Source: a virus. From it: DNA of 57,510 nucleotides. Positions within the stretch are counted from its first letter, which is position 1. Every line of letters starts with the position of its first letter. A program made the position numbers and the translations under genes. Location of the stretch: the IMG/VR virus record IMGVR_UViG_3300035698_011381; one strand, 5' to 3'. This document shows, one piece after another, positions 36,394 to 44,360 of the stretch. The notes under the pieces were generated by a model. It ran no database searches and was not told the DNA's origin. It saw only the letters and a program-made list of their open reading frames with translations.

Positions 36394-37554
36394 TTAGCGG
36401 CCTTGGGGCATCATGGCGTCCATTTTCTTCGAGGTGTCCGCCTTATTCAAGGCTTTGTCTTCCGTAGAAAGTTGGTCGGTCGGGGTGGTGGCATTGGAGC
36501 CTTTTACGCCGGAAACGTCAGCGGCGGGGGTGATAGCGTCGAGGTACGCCTGAACAGAGGCGGGGTCTTGCCAGTCAACGGCGGCTTCGAGCTTGGCAGA
36601 TGCCAGCTTTGCGGCGTGTGCCTTCACGTCGTCGGGGTTTTTAAGGTCGCCCACAAATTCGATGGGAGTTTCAGCGACTGCGGCTGGAACTTCTTCTTCT
36701 TCGGGCTTCACAACAGCAAGGACGGCTTCCGTCACGCTGGTTACGATCTCTGCTTTCATAGCGGCGATTTCTTCGGGTGTCATTACATCCTCCTGTTGGT
36801 TCTGTTTTGCTTTGAGATCTTCGTTAAGACCCACCACAGCGTTCTTAAAGTCAGTACGTTTGAGGAAATCCCGACATTTAGCAAGGAAATTTTTATCTTC
36901 TTCCTCGTTTTTTTGTTCGAGGAATGCCTTAGCCTTGTCGGGGAGCTCGGCCCCGAGGTGACTCATGTCCAATGTAGCGGCGATTTTAACTTCCTGCGCG
37001 AGCACTTCTACGTGGTTAAATTGTTCCGCCATTTCGTTGGCAGTGAGCCATGTTTCAGCGTCCATAATTTTCTGAATGTCGGCTTCGGTTCCTTTAAAGT
37101 GGCGCAGGTAGGAAGCGATCAGTGCCGACTGCATGGTATCGAGTGTGTCTGCATCCTTACGGAGTTCCTCGGCATTTCCTACGGTGTACATGAGGGGGTT
37201 ATGGATGAACCCGAGCGTGTTGGTCGGCATGTAAATCTTGTCGCCCGCCATGGCGATGACAGATGCGATGGATGCGGCCACGCCGTCCACGTAAACATGA
37301 ACTGGTGCTGGGTGCTGTACCAGATAATTGAAAATAGCGATGCCGTCGATGACTGAACCGCCCGGAGAGTTGATGTGCACTTCGAGAAGAGCTACGTCGC
37401 CGAGGTCTTGGAGCTGTGCCTGAAAATATCCGGCATCCCATGCGTCGCCATACCAATCCCAGCCGACTTCGCCGGAAATATCGAGTCGTCCAACTTTTTC
37501 GCCGTCGCGTTGGATGGTGAGAGCGTTTTTAATTTGTAAAATTTTAGCTGGCAT
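36394..37554 (-). CDS. Prohead protease (ClpP/S49 family) with a C-terminal scaffold-like region
   Basis: HINSPGGSVIDGIAIFNYL and VDGVAASIASVIAMAG (active-site Ser context). The C-terminal half is charged and coiled. Confidence 0.85.
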   Translation of the reverse strand: MPAKILQIKNALTIQRDGEKVGRLDISGEVGWDWYGDAWDAGYFQAQLQDLGDVALLEVHINSPGGSVIDGIAIFNYLVQHPAPVHVYVDGVAASIASVIAMAGDKIYMPTNTLGFIHNPLMYTVGNAEELRKDADTLDTMQSALIASYLRHFKGTEADIQKIMDAETWLTANEMAEQFNHVEVLAQEVKIAATLDMSHLGAELPDKAKAFLEQKNEEEDKNFLAKCRDFLKRTDFKNAVVGLNEDLKAKQNQQEDVMTPEEIAAMKAEIVTSVTEAVLAVVKPEEEEVPAAVAETPIEFVGDLKNPDDVKAHAAKLASAKLEAAVDWQDPASVQAYLDAITPAADVSGVKGSNATTPTDQLSTEDKALNKADTSKKMDAMMPQGR

Positions 37555-37600
37555 CTTTGTTCTCCTACTTGTCGGACGATGGCACTTTTTACGTGCCTCG

Positions 37601-38164
37601 TCAACGGTTTTGAGTCGGTATCGTTCTTAAAACAACACCGCCGTACTTCTGGTAATCTTGAATGGTGGCCATAACATCCTGCTTGATGCCTTGGTATTCG
37701 TCGCATACAATGAGTAGTTTTTCTGCGCAAATGCCTTGGAAACCTGCAACACTGCGAGCCGAGATAGTGGACAACCCCCACACATGCTTCTGTTCCCCAA
37801 ACAGCCCCGCTCCTGTTTTTCTCAGGGTATAAAAGGAACTTAATCGAGGGTCTGCTTTCTCTAAAATCTTTTTACACTCAGTTAACCAGATATGTATTGA
37901 TTGGTTTAGGGTTGGACACACTACTAGACACCTTCCTTGTGTGTTTTTAAGCAACCACCACAAAGAAGCCACCACAGTTGCTGTGGTTCTCCCTTCCCCC
38001 CTATCCCATTCAATGTCCGTGCTTTCGGGGCAACGTGTAAAAGAGTCCAAAAACTCTTTCTGTCTTTCTCTAGGAGAGAAATTAAGTGCCGTGCAAAAAG
38101 CACCTATATTTGGGGTTATTTTCGTCAGGTAATCATATATTTCTCTTTTAGGTTCTTTACCCAT
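37601..38164 (-). CDS. Stand-alone paralog of the large-terminase ATPase domain (no intein, no nuclease domain)
   Basis: AAGGAGAC RBS. It aligns by eye with the TerL exteins: DPRLSSFYTL vs DPRISSFFNF, HVWGLS vs DIWGCY, AGFQGI vs EAFQGI, LLIVCDEYQGI vs LLMLCEESSGI. The P-loop reads GEGRTT where TerL has GQGPGK-T. Confidence 0.7.
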   Translation of the reverse strand: MGKEPKREIYDYLTKITPNIGAFCTALNFSPRERQKEFLDSFTRCPESTDIEWDRGEGRTTATVVASLWWLLKNTQGRCLVVCPTLNQSIHIWLTECKKILEKADPRLSSFYTLRKTGAGLFGEQKHVWGLSTISARSVAGFQGICAEKLLIVCDEYQGIKQDVMATIQDYQKYGGVVLRTIPTQNR

Positions 38165-38200
38165 TTGATAGTCTCCTTTAGTTGCTTATTTTATGGTTCC

Positions 38201-40906
38201 CTACGCGGTTAGGACTCGTGTACTGGCGACTGCGTGTGGGTAGTGGCCTAAAACCACGCTGTCAGCCTCGTCTGGAGACATCCCGAGCTCCCCATCGGAC
38301 GAATCAGCGTTGCGTTTTTTATACTCGTCCTTGGTTTCGATCTTAATTTTGCCGTGTTTGGTCACGGAATACAGTCGGTTTGTAAGCTGTTGAAAGAGAC
38401 TTTTATTGTACTGTAGGAACATACGGTGGGCACGAACCTCTTTAGCAAACAAGCACCACGCTTCCGTGATTTTATTGTCGTATTTTTGCGACTCGTGCGC
38501 CGTGTTTTGGGAATAGAACTCGTGCATCTTCCTTCCCATGCGTCTTTGACTGCCGAGCATCCCTGCGGCCATCTCTCCCATGCCGGAAGTATCCACAACA
38601 AACGTACATTCGCTGTTACCCCATCCCAGATGTTCTTGCAGTACGACAGCCCTGTCTATGGTGGCGTTCGGGTCGGTGCGGCTGTAGGCTTCTAGCTTCA
38701 GCATGATATTTCCTGAGAATGTAGAGATTGAGTTTTTGTCTCCGCCGTATCGAGCCAAGTCGATGCCGATTTGTTTCCGAACCGGCCGCATCTTGACATT
38801 TACCGCCAGTGCCGCCGCTTTTGCCTCTGGTTTGGTGCACGCGAGGAGGTCGTTTTCGTTGATAAGCACTGACGGGTCGGTGTGCGGAAATTCCCCGAGC
38901 ACGCGGACGCGGTAAACATCGGAATCCATGCCGAATTCCTCGGCGATTTCTTCATTTCGACGCTTGGAAAACCAAGGGGTTTCCGGTGTCTCTTCCCCAT
39001 TCCAGTGTAGGCAGTGCCAAGGGTTGTCCAGTTGGGAATGGAAACAGTCGAAGAAGGAGCAAGTTCGTGTGTTCGGGTTTCCGATCTGGAGCCATAAGAA
39101 GGTACCTTCGGCGTTGGACATCGTTCCCTTGATCGTGTCCATGATTCCTCGTGCGATACCGGAGCTTTCTTCGCACAACATGAGCAGGTAGGGGTTATGG
39201 ATTCCCTGAAACGCTTCTGGCCGGTTAGCGGTGGCAAGGTAGCACCCCCAGATGTCTTTACGACTTCCCATAATGCCGTACCCTGTGCCGGTGAAGTTGA
39301 AAAAGGAACTGATACGCGGGTCGCCTGATTGTATGCGTCCCTGAGCCTCTGAGAGCCATACGTTTTTACACTGCCGCATTGTCGGGGCTGTGACGACCGC
39401 GAGGCTCTTCGGATACTTGAGATTCCACCACGGCACGACTATGGCGTCGGCGGCGGTATTATGGACAACCAGATTTCTAGCCACGAAATTTCCATACTCT
39501 GGCACCTCTAAATCGTAGACGGGCGTGTTTGTCCTGTCTTGTGTGTTACTGACAACCCGCACCCAGTAAATATCGTTCGATGCCCACTTAGCGTGTTTGC
39601 CATCGTATCCTGTAGCCGATACGAGTTCTTTGAATTTTTTCCTGCTCAATAGAGAGTAGTTGCGCCCTCTCCACCCTTTTTCCCGCAGACGTGTCTTGGG
39701 GATACCTAATTCTTCCGCTATCTCGGTCATCGCTTTGTCGTCATAGGGAACAACGTCGGTGTTTGTGTTTTCTGGCTTACTCCAGATGTTCGTCAGATAG
39801 TTTACGTGTCCTTTTTTTATTTTATCAAACGAGTGGAAACCTTTAAGTATCTCCACGTAAAAGAGCACCAGAGATTCCCTGCCTGAGATACTTAGACGCC
39901 AAGAGTCAAATGTTTTCGTTCCCAATTTAACTTTTTTATACCTTTTCCTGCTGTGGATACCCCAAAAAAGTAGTGCTGTTTGCACATCGTCTATCAGCCC
40001 TTCACTGGCTAGGCAGATGCCTGCTCCATCCTTCTCAAAGTACCCGTCGCACAGCCACAAAGTAGCCAGTATCTCAGCCGCCCTGTCCTGCCGGATACTC
40101 CAAAATCTATCCGGCAATCTTTTGTGTTTGGCTAACGATCTTTTTGACCACCGAGACAACACATCGTTTGACGCTTTGTGGTGCACCCTTATGTCCCGAG
40201 CTTTGGAGGGCGACGAACTGTTGAGGTATGTCATCTCTAAAGAATTACAGCAGTGTAGGAAATCATCCAAACTATCGGAAGGTTCTTGCGTGAAACGAAC
40301 TCCGTGCTTGGCTGTTGTTCCTCCGTCGCCAAGGATGTAGCCTACCCACCTTACTTCCTCGCTGGGTACTTCTTCAGTTCCTACCCATTGAAGGTTACGA
40401 GGCATGGCTACAAGGCATCCGTTAGTTATCTCAGACGCTTCTTGCCATCCCGAACTAGTATATACAGGGTGGTCGGTGCTGAGCCGTGTAGACTGCCCTG
40501 AATCTGTTCTAATTGTTGTGCATTTCTTGTATCCTGATGGGAAACACCTAGCACTTGCTGTGTGTGTTTTTTCTGTTGCCTCATCCATGCTCCAAACAAG
40601 AAGGTCTTCTCGCCCTATAAGGTCTCTGATTTTTTTAACTCCCTCGGACGTTAGTATTTCGGTATCTCCGTGAAGGCATTTCCCCGGCCCCTGCCCGGAG
40701 CGCACGGCAACGTTCGAGTACCCTTCTTGAACAGCGTCGAGGAGCTGTTTCTGTTGCCACGTCGGTTTAAAATCCAGATAGAAGCACCAAGCATAGATAT
40801 CCTCAGTAATTTCTTTGTAGAAGTCGTGTAGGAAGTGCTTAGACTTAGAGGGCCGAAGGCCGAACATTTCGCCTTCTGACTGTCGCTTGTTTTCTATCCC
40901 GAACAT
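38201..40906 (-). CDS. terL: Terminase large subunit, interrupted by an intein
   Basis: Walker A SGQGPGK/T is split by the intein. Walker B is LLMLCEES. The RNase-H-like nuclease motifs are IGIDLARYGGD and VVDTSGMG. The spliced product would be 494 aa. Confidence 0.85.
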   Translation of the reverse strand: MFGIENKRQSEGEMFGLRPSKSKHFLHDFYKEITEDIYAWCFYLDFKPTWQQKQLLDAVQEGYSNVAVRSGQGPGKCLHGDTEILTSEGVKKIRDLIGREDLLVWSMDEATEKTHTASARCFPSGYKKCTTIRTDSGQSTRLSTDHPVYTSSGWQEASEITNGCLVAMPRNLQWVGTEEVPSEEVRWVGYILGDGGTTAKHGVRFTQEPSDSLDDFLHCCNSLEMTYLNSSSPSKARDIRVHHKASNDVLSRWSKRSLAKHKRLPDRFWSIRQDRAAEILATLWLCDGYFEKDGAGICLASEGLIDDVQTALLFWGIHSRKRYKKVKLGTKTFDSWRLSISGRESLVLFYVEILKGFHSFDKIKKGHVNYLTNIWSKPENTNTDVVPYDDKAMTEIAEELGIPKTRLREKGWRGRNYSLLSRKKFKELVSATGYDGKHAKWASNDIYWVRVVSNTQDRTNTPVYDLEVPEYGNFVARNLVVHNTAADAIVVPWWNLKYPKSLAVVTAPTMRQCKNVWLSEAQGRIQSGDPRISSFFNFTGTGYGIMGSRKDIWGCYLATANRPEAFQGIHNPYLLMLCEESSGIARGIMDTIKGTMSNAEGTFLWLQIGNPNTRTCSFFDCFHSQLDNPWHCLHWNGEETPETPWFSKRRNEEIAEEFGMDSDVYRVRVLGEFPHTDPSVLINENDLLACTKPEAKAAALAVNVKMRPVRKQIGIDLARYGGDKNSISTFSGNIMLKLEAYSRTDPNATIDRAVVLQEHLGWGNSECTFVVDTSGMGEMAAGMLGSQRRMGRKMHEFYSQNTAHESQKYDNKITEAWCLFAKEVRAHRMFLQYNKSLFQQLTNRLYSVTKHGKIKIETKDEYKKRNADSSDGELGMSPDEADSVVLGHYPHAVASTRVLTA
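39458..40678 (-). mobile_element. Intein (407 aa) with a LAGLIDADG homing endonuclease, inserted in the TerL P-loop
   Basis: Starts CLHGDTEILT (block A). STDHPVY is block B. VGYILGDGG and LWLCDGYF are LAGLIDADG motifs. It ends VYDLEVPEYGNFVARNLVVHN, followed by +1 Thr. Confidence 0.85.
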
Positions 40907-40923
40907 GTGGTCTCCGTGCCTCT

Positions 40924-41196
40924 CTAGTGGTCGTTCAGTGCGCGTTGCGCGGACAGCTTGTTCAGTATCTCAATGGTGTCCATCAGCTCGTCTTGAAGCT
41001 CTTTAACGACGTACTCTTCGGCGAGTGTGATGTCACGGGGAGCTGTGTATATCTGTCCCTGCTTCAGTACTAGCCAGCCGCCCGGCGAGACGCGCTCTAC
41101 GAGCTTCACGCTTGAGCAGGAGACCAGCACGGTCATGCTGGCCAGAAGCACGATAATCTTCGATTTGTTTTTCCAATTCTTCGATCTCATCTTCAC
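40924..41196 (-). CDS. Lipoprotein, o-spanin-like
   Basis: Signal peptide plus lipobox IIVLLASMTVLVSC|SS. It starts inside ORF 41033..41296 in another frame. ATG at 41190 or GTG at 41196. Confidence 0.55.
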   Translation of the reverse strand: MKMRSKNWKNKSKIIVLLASMTVLVSCSSVKLVERVSPGGWLVLKQGQIYTAPRDITLAEEYVVKELQDELMDTIEILNKLSAQRALNDH

Positions 41197-41296
41197 ACCT
41201 CTCGTACTCGTCGAGAACGATCCGACGAGATTTTATTTGCAATATCGTGTTCCAAGCCTTTAGAGCTTCGTGTAGTACGAGAAAAAAAGCCTTCAT
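41033..41296 (-). CDS. Hypothetical charged coiled-coil protein overlapping the lipoprotein gene
   Basis: GGAGG RBS; 87 aa. There is no clear N-terminal TM segment, so calling it an i-spanin is weak. Confidence 0.35.
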   Translation of the reverse strand: MKAFFLVLHEALKAWNTILQIKSRRIVLDEYERCEDEIEELEKQIEDYRASGQHDRAGLLLKREARRARLAGRLASTEAGTDIHSSP

Positions 41297-41333
41297 TATC
41301 GCTCCTCCGGCTCGGGCACAATACGCGGTACGG

Positions 41334-41498
41334 TTATTTCGCCAGTAGTTTGTTCAACCACGCAAGGATCTTGGCGATGATCGCGTCATCCTTGGTGTTT
41401 TTTGTGAACCGTGCGATGACTGCAAGCGTGGTCATAAGTCCTGCCGCGCCAGAAGCTATTGCGATGTAGTTTTCTTGAATCCATGCGATTGCATTCAT
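41334..41498 (-). CDS. Small membrane protein, holin-like (54 aa, below the ORF-track cutoff)
   Basis: AAGGAG RBS. MNAIAWIQENYIAIASGAAGLMTTLAVIARFTKNTKDDAIIAKILAWLNKLLAK. Confidence 0.5.
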   Translation of the reverse strand: MNAIAWIQENYIAIASGAAGLMTTLAVIARFTKNTKDDAIIAKILAWLNKLLAK

Positions 41499-41571
41499 AA
41501 TGATCTCCTTTTCTATCCCGCTTTATTGCGGAAAATACAAAAACCGATTTGCTTTACGTGCTGGTAGCTAT

Positions 41572-41664
41572 TCATGCGAAGGCTTTCGCGACTAAATAAC
41601 CGATTGCTAGACCGAAGCACACAGCCGCAGATAATCTAATAAGCGAGAGGAGAAGATCCGCCAT
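41572..41664 (-). CDS. Possible 30-aa hydrophobic peptide
   Basis: MADLLLSLIRLSAAVCFGLAIGYLVAKAFA; weak RBS. Confidence 0.25.
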   Translation of the reverse strand: MADLLLSLIRLSAAVCFGLAIGYLVAKAFA

Positions 41665-41680
41665 TATCTGAGATACTGTT

Positions 41681-42121
41681 TTATGGATTCTCAATGGATT
41701 GCCGCCTCTCTGTTTCTAGGTCAACGAGTCGCCCTTCCATGCGGTCAACCCGCTCGACAAACCAAGGTTGCGGGGATTCCTTTGGGATGGCGGCAATGAT
41801 CTTGGCCAGTTCGGTGATTTTCTCGGTGAGCTTAATGCCATTCTGGACGGTGAACCGATTGGAAGCCGTCTCAGCCTTCCATATTTGCAGAGCACTCACA
41901 GAGTTGTCCATTTTCTCCTGCCGAGCCTGTAGAGCATTGATTGTTTCGGTGGTCGTTTGCTGAGTCACGGTCATGTTCCACAACAGGGCGAAGATCCACG
42001 CCGCACATCCTATGGCTAAAATCATTAAACCGTCGAGCAACCATCGCCCAACCAGTTTTGCTTTGTCACTTATCCGCCCGTTGCTTTGTGTTGTCATAAT
42101 ATTTCCATTTCTATGGCCCAC
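41681..42121 (-). CDS. Membrane-anchored coiled-coil protein
   Basis: TM segment WLLDGLMILAIGCAAWIFALLW followed by a coiled region. An alternative ATG is at 42097. Confidence 0.5.
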   Translation of the reverse strand: MGHRNGNIMTTQSNGRISDKAKLVGRWLLDGLMILAIGCAAWIFALLWNMTVTQQTTTETINALQARQEKMDNSVSALQIWKAETASNRFTVQNGIKLTEKITELAKIIAAIPKESPQPWFVERVDRMEGRLVDLETERRQSIENP

Positions 42122-42143
42122 TCGGGGCTAGGCTTTCGCCTGA

Positions 42144-42539
42144 TTAAATTTCTACTGCGGGTAATCGTAAATTGCGTTCGTCAAGGGTCAGCCACTTGTC
42201 CTCTGGGTAGCCGTGCTCCCCCATAAATCCATCCCAGTCTGCTAGGTCGGCAGGTGTGACCCCATGTTGCCTCCATGCAGGGGCGTACATAGCCGCTAGG
42301 AGGATGATCGTGGTCTCACCTAGGTCTGTGGTCATGTGGGGGAACGTGAACTCCCTAAGCGTCTTCTGCTCGGTTACAGCCTCATCGCCTTCTATGACCT
42401 CACCCGTAGGTTTGCTACCCCACTTTGCACCTTCTGGAATCAAGGTGTCCATCATGTTGGTCGGAATCTCACAAAAGGCGTAGTAACGCACGTAGCCCGT
42501 TGAGCCAACCACTTTGAATCGTTCGTATTCTTCAATCAT
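42144..42539 (-). CDS. Hypothetical protein
   Basis: TAATG coupling to the upstream stop; 131 aa. Confidence 0.5.
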   Translation of the reverse strand: MIEEYERFKVVGSTGYVRYYAFCEIPTNMMDTLIPEGAKWGSKPTGEVIEGDEAVTEQKTLREFTFPHMTTDLGETTIILLAAMYAPAWRQHGVTPADLADWDGFMGEHGYPEDKWLTLDERNLRLPAVEI

Positions 42540-43978
42540 TACAGGTCTCCAAATTCAAGGCTGTTGGTGTAGCACACGTCGCCAATCCAGCGGATCATCT
42601 TGTCATATGACGTGAGTGTCCACTCATAAGCAATGCTCCAAGTCAACGCGTCGATAAAGAAGCCGTCTTCGCATTTTAAAACCACGTTGTTGGTGAAGTT
42701 CGCATGATCCGCAAAGTCCTCAAACGACTTGGCATCATAGTTTGCTTCGTCAGCAGACCAGAACGGCGTTAGCAGGAACTCATCGTTCTCCGCTTTCTGT
42801 TTAATGCTGTGTGGCCCATTGTTGTGCAGGATGCCAGCAGGATTCGTGATGGGGTTGCCTGCGACATCTGTTAGCCCAGAGGCTAATGCGGGCAGGTAAT
42901 GCTCTGCTCCGCCCGTCAAAACGCCCGTTGCCCATGCGCTAGAGCTTGGAAGCGTCGAGCCGTAGAAGTTCTTTAAATCGTATGTCAGAACGCCGTCAAT
43001 GCTAATGGTCGCCACATAGCCATCTACAACCGTAATTACACCGTCTACTGCGTTATCTACCGTGGCTGTTCCGGTACTGGTCACAGCGTGCGTGGTCAGC
43101 AGATCGGTTACGGCTATTGATGTGTCGTCTACATCTAGCAGAACCTTACTCCCACCTTCCCCTGCGAAGGGGTGGCTTACGTCTTGGGTTCCTGACCATA
43201 CAGCGTCTAGATCTGCCGTGGCGATCGTTCCGTCGTTCCCGTTGTCGCTGATGTCGTAGGCTTTGTCGCCTGATTTTTCGGTGAGGGGTAGGTGAATAGA
43301 AGATGCGAACGAGCAGTCACCGTCCATACATGATGCAATTTCGGTCGGGGTCAACGCTTGTGGAATAGCACGAACACCGGCCATAGAACCAGCCCAATAA
43401 CGCCCAGACGGGGCACTAGCGGAAACGCCTAATATGAATTTAGTGAAGGCCGCTGACCCCAGAGTTCCCGTGGAGTTCTCTGACGTTGAAAGAACAGCGT
43501 CTTTGTATATGTAGGTTTTAGCTCCATCCCAAACGCAAGAAATGTGATGCCAGTTTGTGTCGGTGAAGAATCCGCTTTTCTGAGTAGTGCCATCCCCAAT
43601 TCCGTTATGCCTAAACAGTAAAGTCGTTCCACTATGTCTGATATAGCAATCCGTATTCCCTGCTTCTATAATCCACGCCTGCTCGCTTACTGCGGCGGGC
43701 TTTGCCCACACCATAATTGTAAAATTAGAGGTCGGTTTGCCCGATAACGCTCCGACGTTAACTTTGTCACCGCTCCCATCAAGCGTCAGGCACGGCGACT
43801 CCACATAGTCCCCATCAAGCCCGTTCTTGTCTACCGCCGTGCTGGGGGACAGGAAGCTGTAGAGCCATTGCAGGGGGGAGAGGGATAGGGGAGAGAAGAC
43901 TCCTGTCGTGTGCAGACCGGAGAATGCCGTAAGGAGTTTCCCGAAGGAGAGTCCCGAGTTAAATCCTAGACGGCCCAC
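42539..43978 (-). CDS. LamG/concanavalin-like lectin-domain protein (possible fibre or receptor-binding protein)
   Basis: FTIMVWAKP...NWHHISCVWDGAKTYIYKDAVL matches the Laminin-G_3 pattern. GTG start with a GGAGG RBS. Confidence 0.5.
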   Translation of the reverse strand: MGRLGFNSGLSFGKLLTAFSGLHTTGVFSPLSLSPLQWLYSFLSPSTAVDKNGLDGDYVESPCLTLDGSGDKVNVGALSGKPTSNFTIMVWAKPAAVSEQAWIIEAGNTDCYIRHSGTTLLFRHNGIGDGTTQKSGFFTDTNWHHISCVWDGAKTYIYKDAVLSTSENSTGTLGSAAFTKFILGVSASAPSGRYWAGSMAGVRAIPQALTPTEIASCMDGDCSFASSIHLPLTEKSGDKAYDISDNGNDGTIATADLDAVWSGTQDVSHPFAGEGGSKVLLDVDDTSIAVTDLLTTHAVTSTGTATVDNAVDGVITVVDGYVATISIDGVLTYDLKNFYGSTLPSSSAWATGVLTGGAEHYLPALASGLTDVAGNPITNPAGILHNNGPHSIKQKAENDEFLLTPFWSADEANYDAKSFEDFADHANFTNNVVLKCEDGFFIDALTWSIAYEWTLTSYDKMIRWIGDVCYTNSLEFGDL

Positions 43979-43979
43979 G

Positions 43980-44288
43980 TTAGCCTCCTTTTTGCTCGAC
44001 CATCACCTTGACAACCACGTCGGCTTCGGAAGCCAGCAGGTAGGTGTTGCTCACGTTGAAATCCTTATAGGAGATGGAAGCCGGTTCGGTGATGGGCGAG
44101 AGCGTGATCCCTGCCGTTTCGTCTTCACTCAGCACGTCCACCGTGCCTGTAGCCTCGGGGTCGATCTGAATGATGAGCCCTGCGCATCTGTCGTTGTCGT
44201 TTGGAAAAACGTGCGGAATATCCGCCGCTTCCATGAGAGTTTTAAGGTCTGTCGCCGCGATTCCGGCCTTTACGATAACAGTAAACAT
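43980..44288 (-). CDS. Hypothetical protein
   Basis: AAGGAG RBS; 102 aa. Confidence 0.5.
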   Translation of the reverse strand: MFTVIVKAGIAATDLKTLMEAADIPHVFPNDNDRCAGLIIQIDPEATGTVDVLSEDETAGITLSPITEPASISYKDFNVSNTYLLASEADVVVKVMVEQKGG

Positions 44289-44360
44289 GGGCTTCTCCTT
44301 GGTTCGGTTAATAGAAGGGTGTCAGATTGCCACTCCTCGCCCTGCTCGTCAACCCTTTTC

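Noticed and set aside
41033-41296. Confident i-spanin (Rz) annotation
   Set aside because: The overlapped geometry with the lipoprotein gene fits. However, the N-terminus (MKAFFLVLHEALKAW) is not a convincing transmembrane anchor, so it is kept only as a low-confidence hypothetical.
42539-43978. Diversity-generating retroelement targeting the LamG protein
   Set aside because: No reverse transcriptase gene and no template or variable repeat pair were found anywhere in the window.
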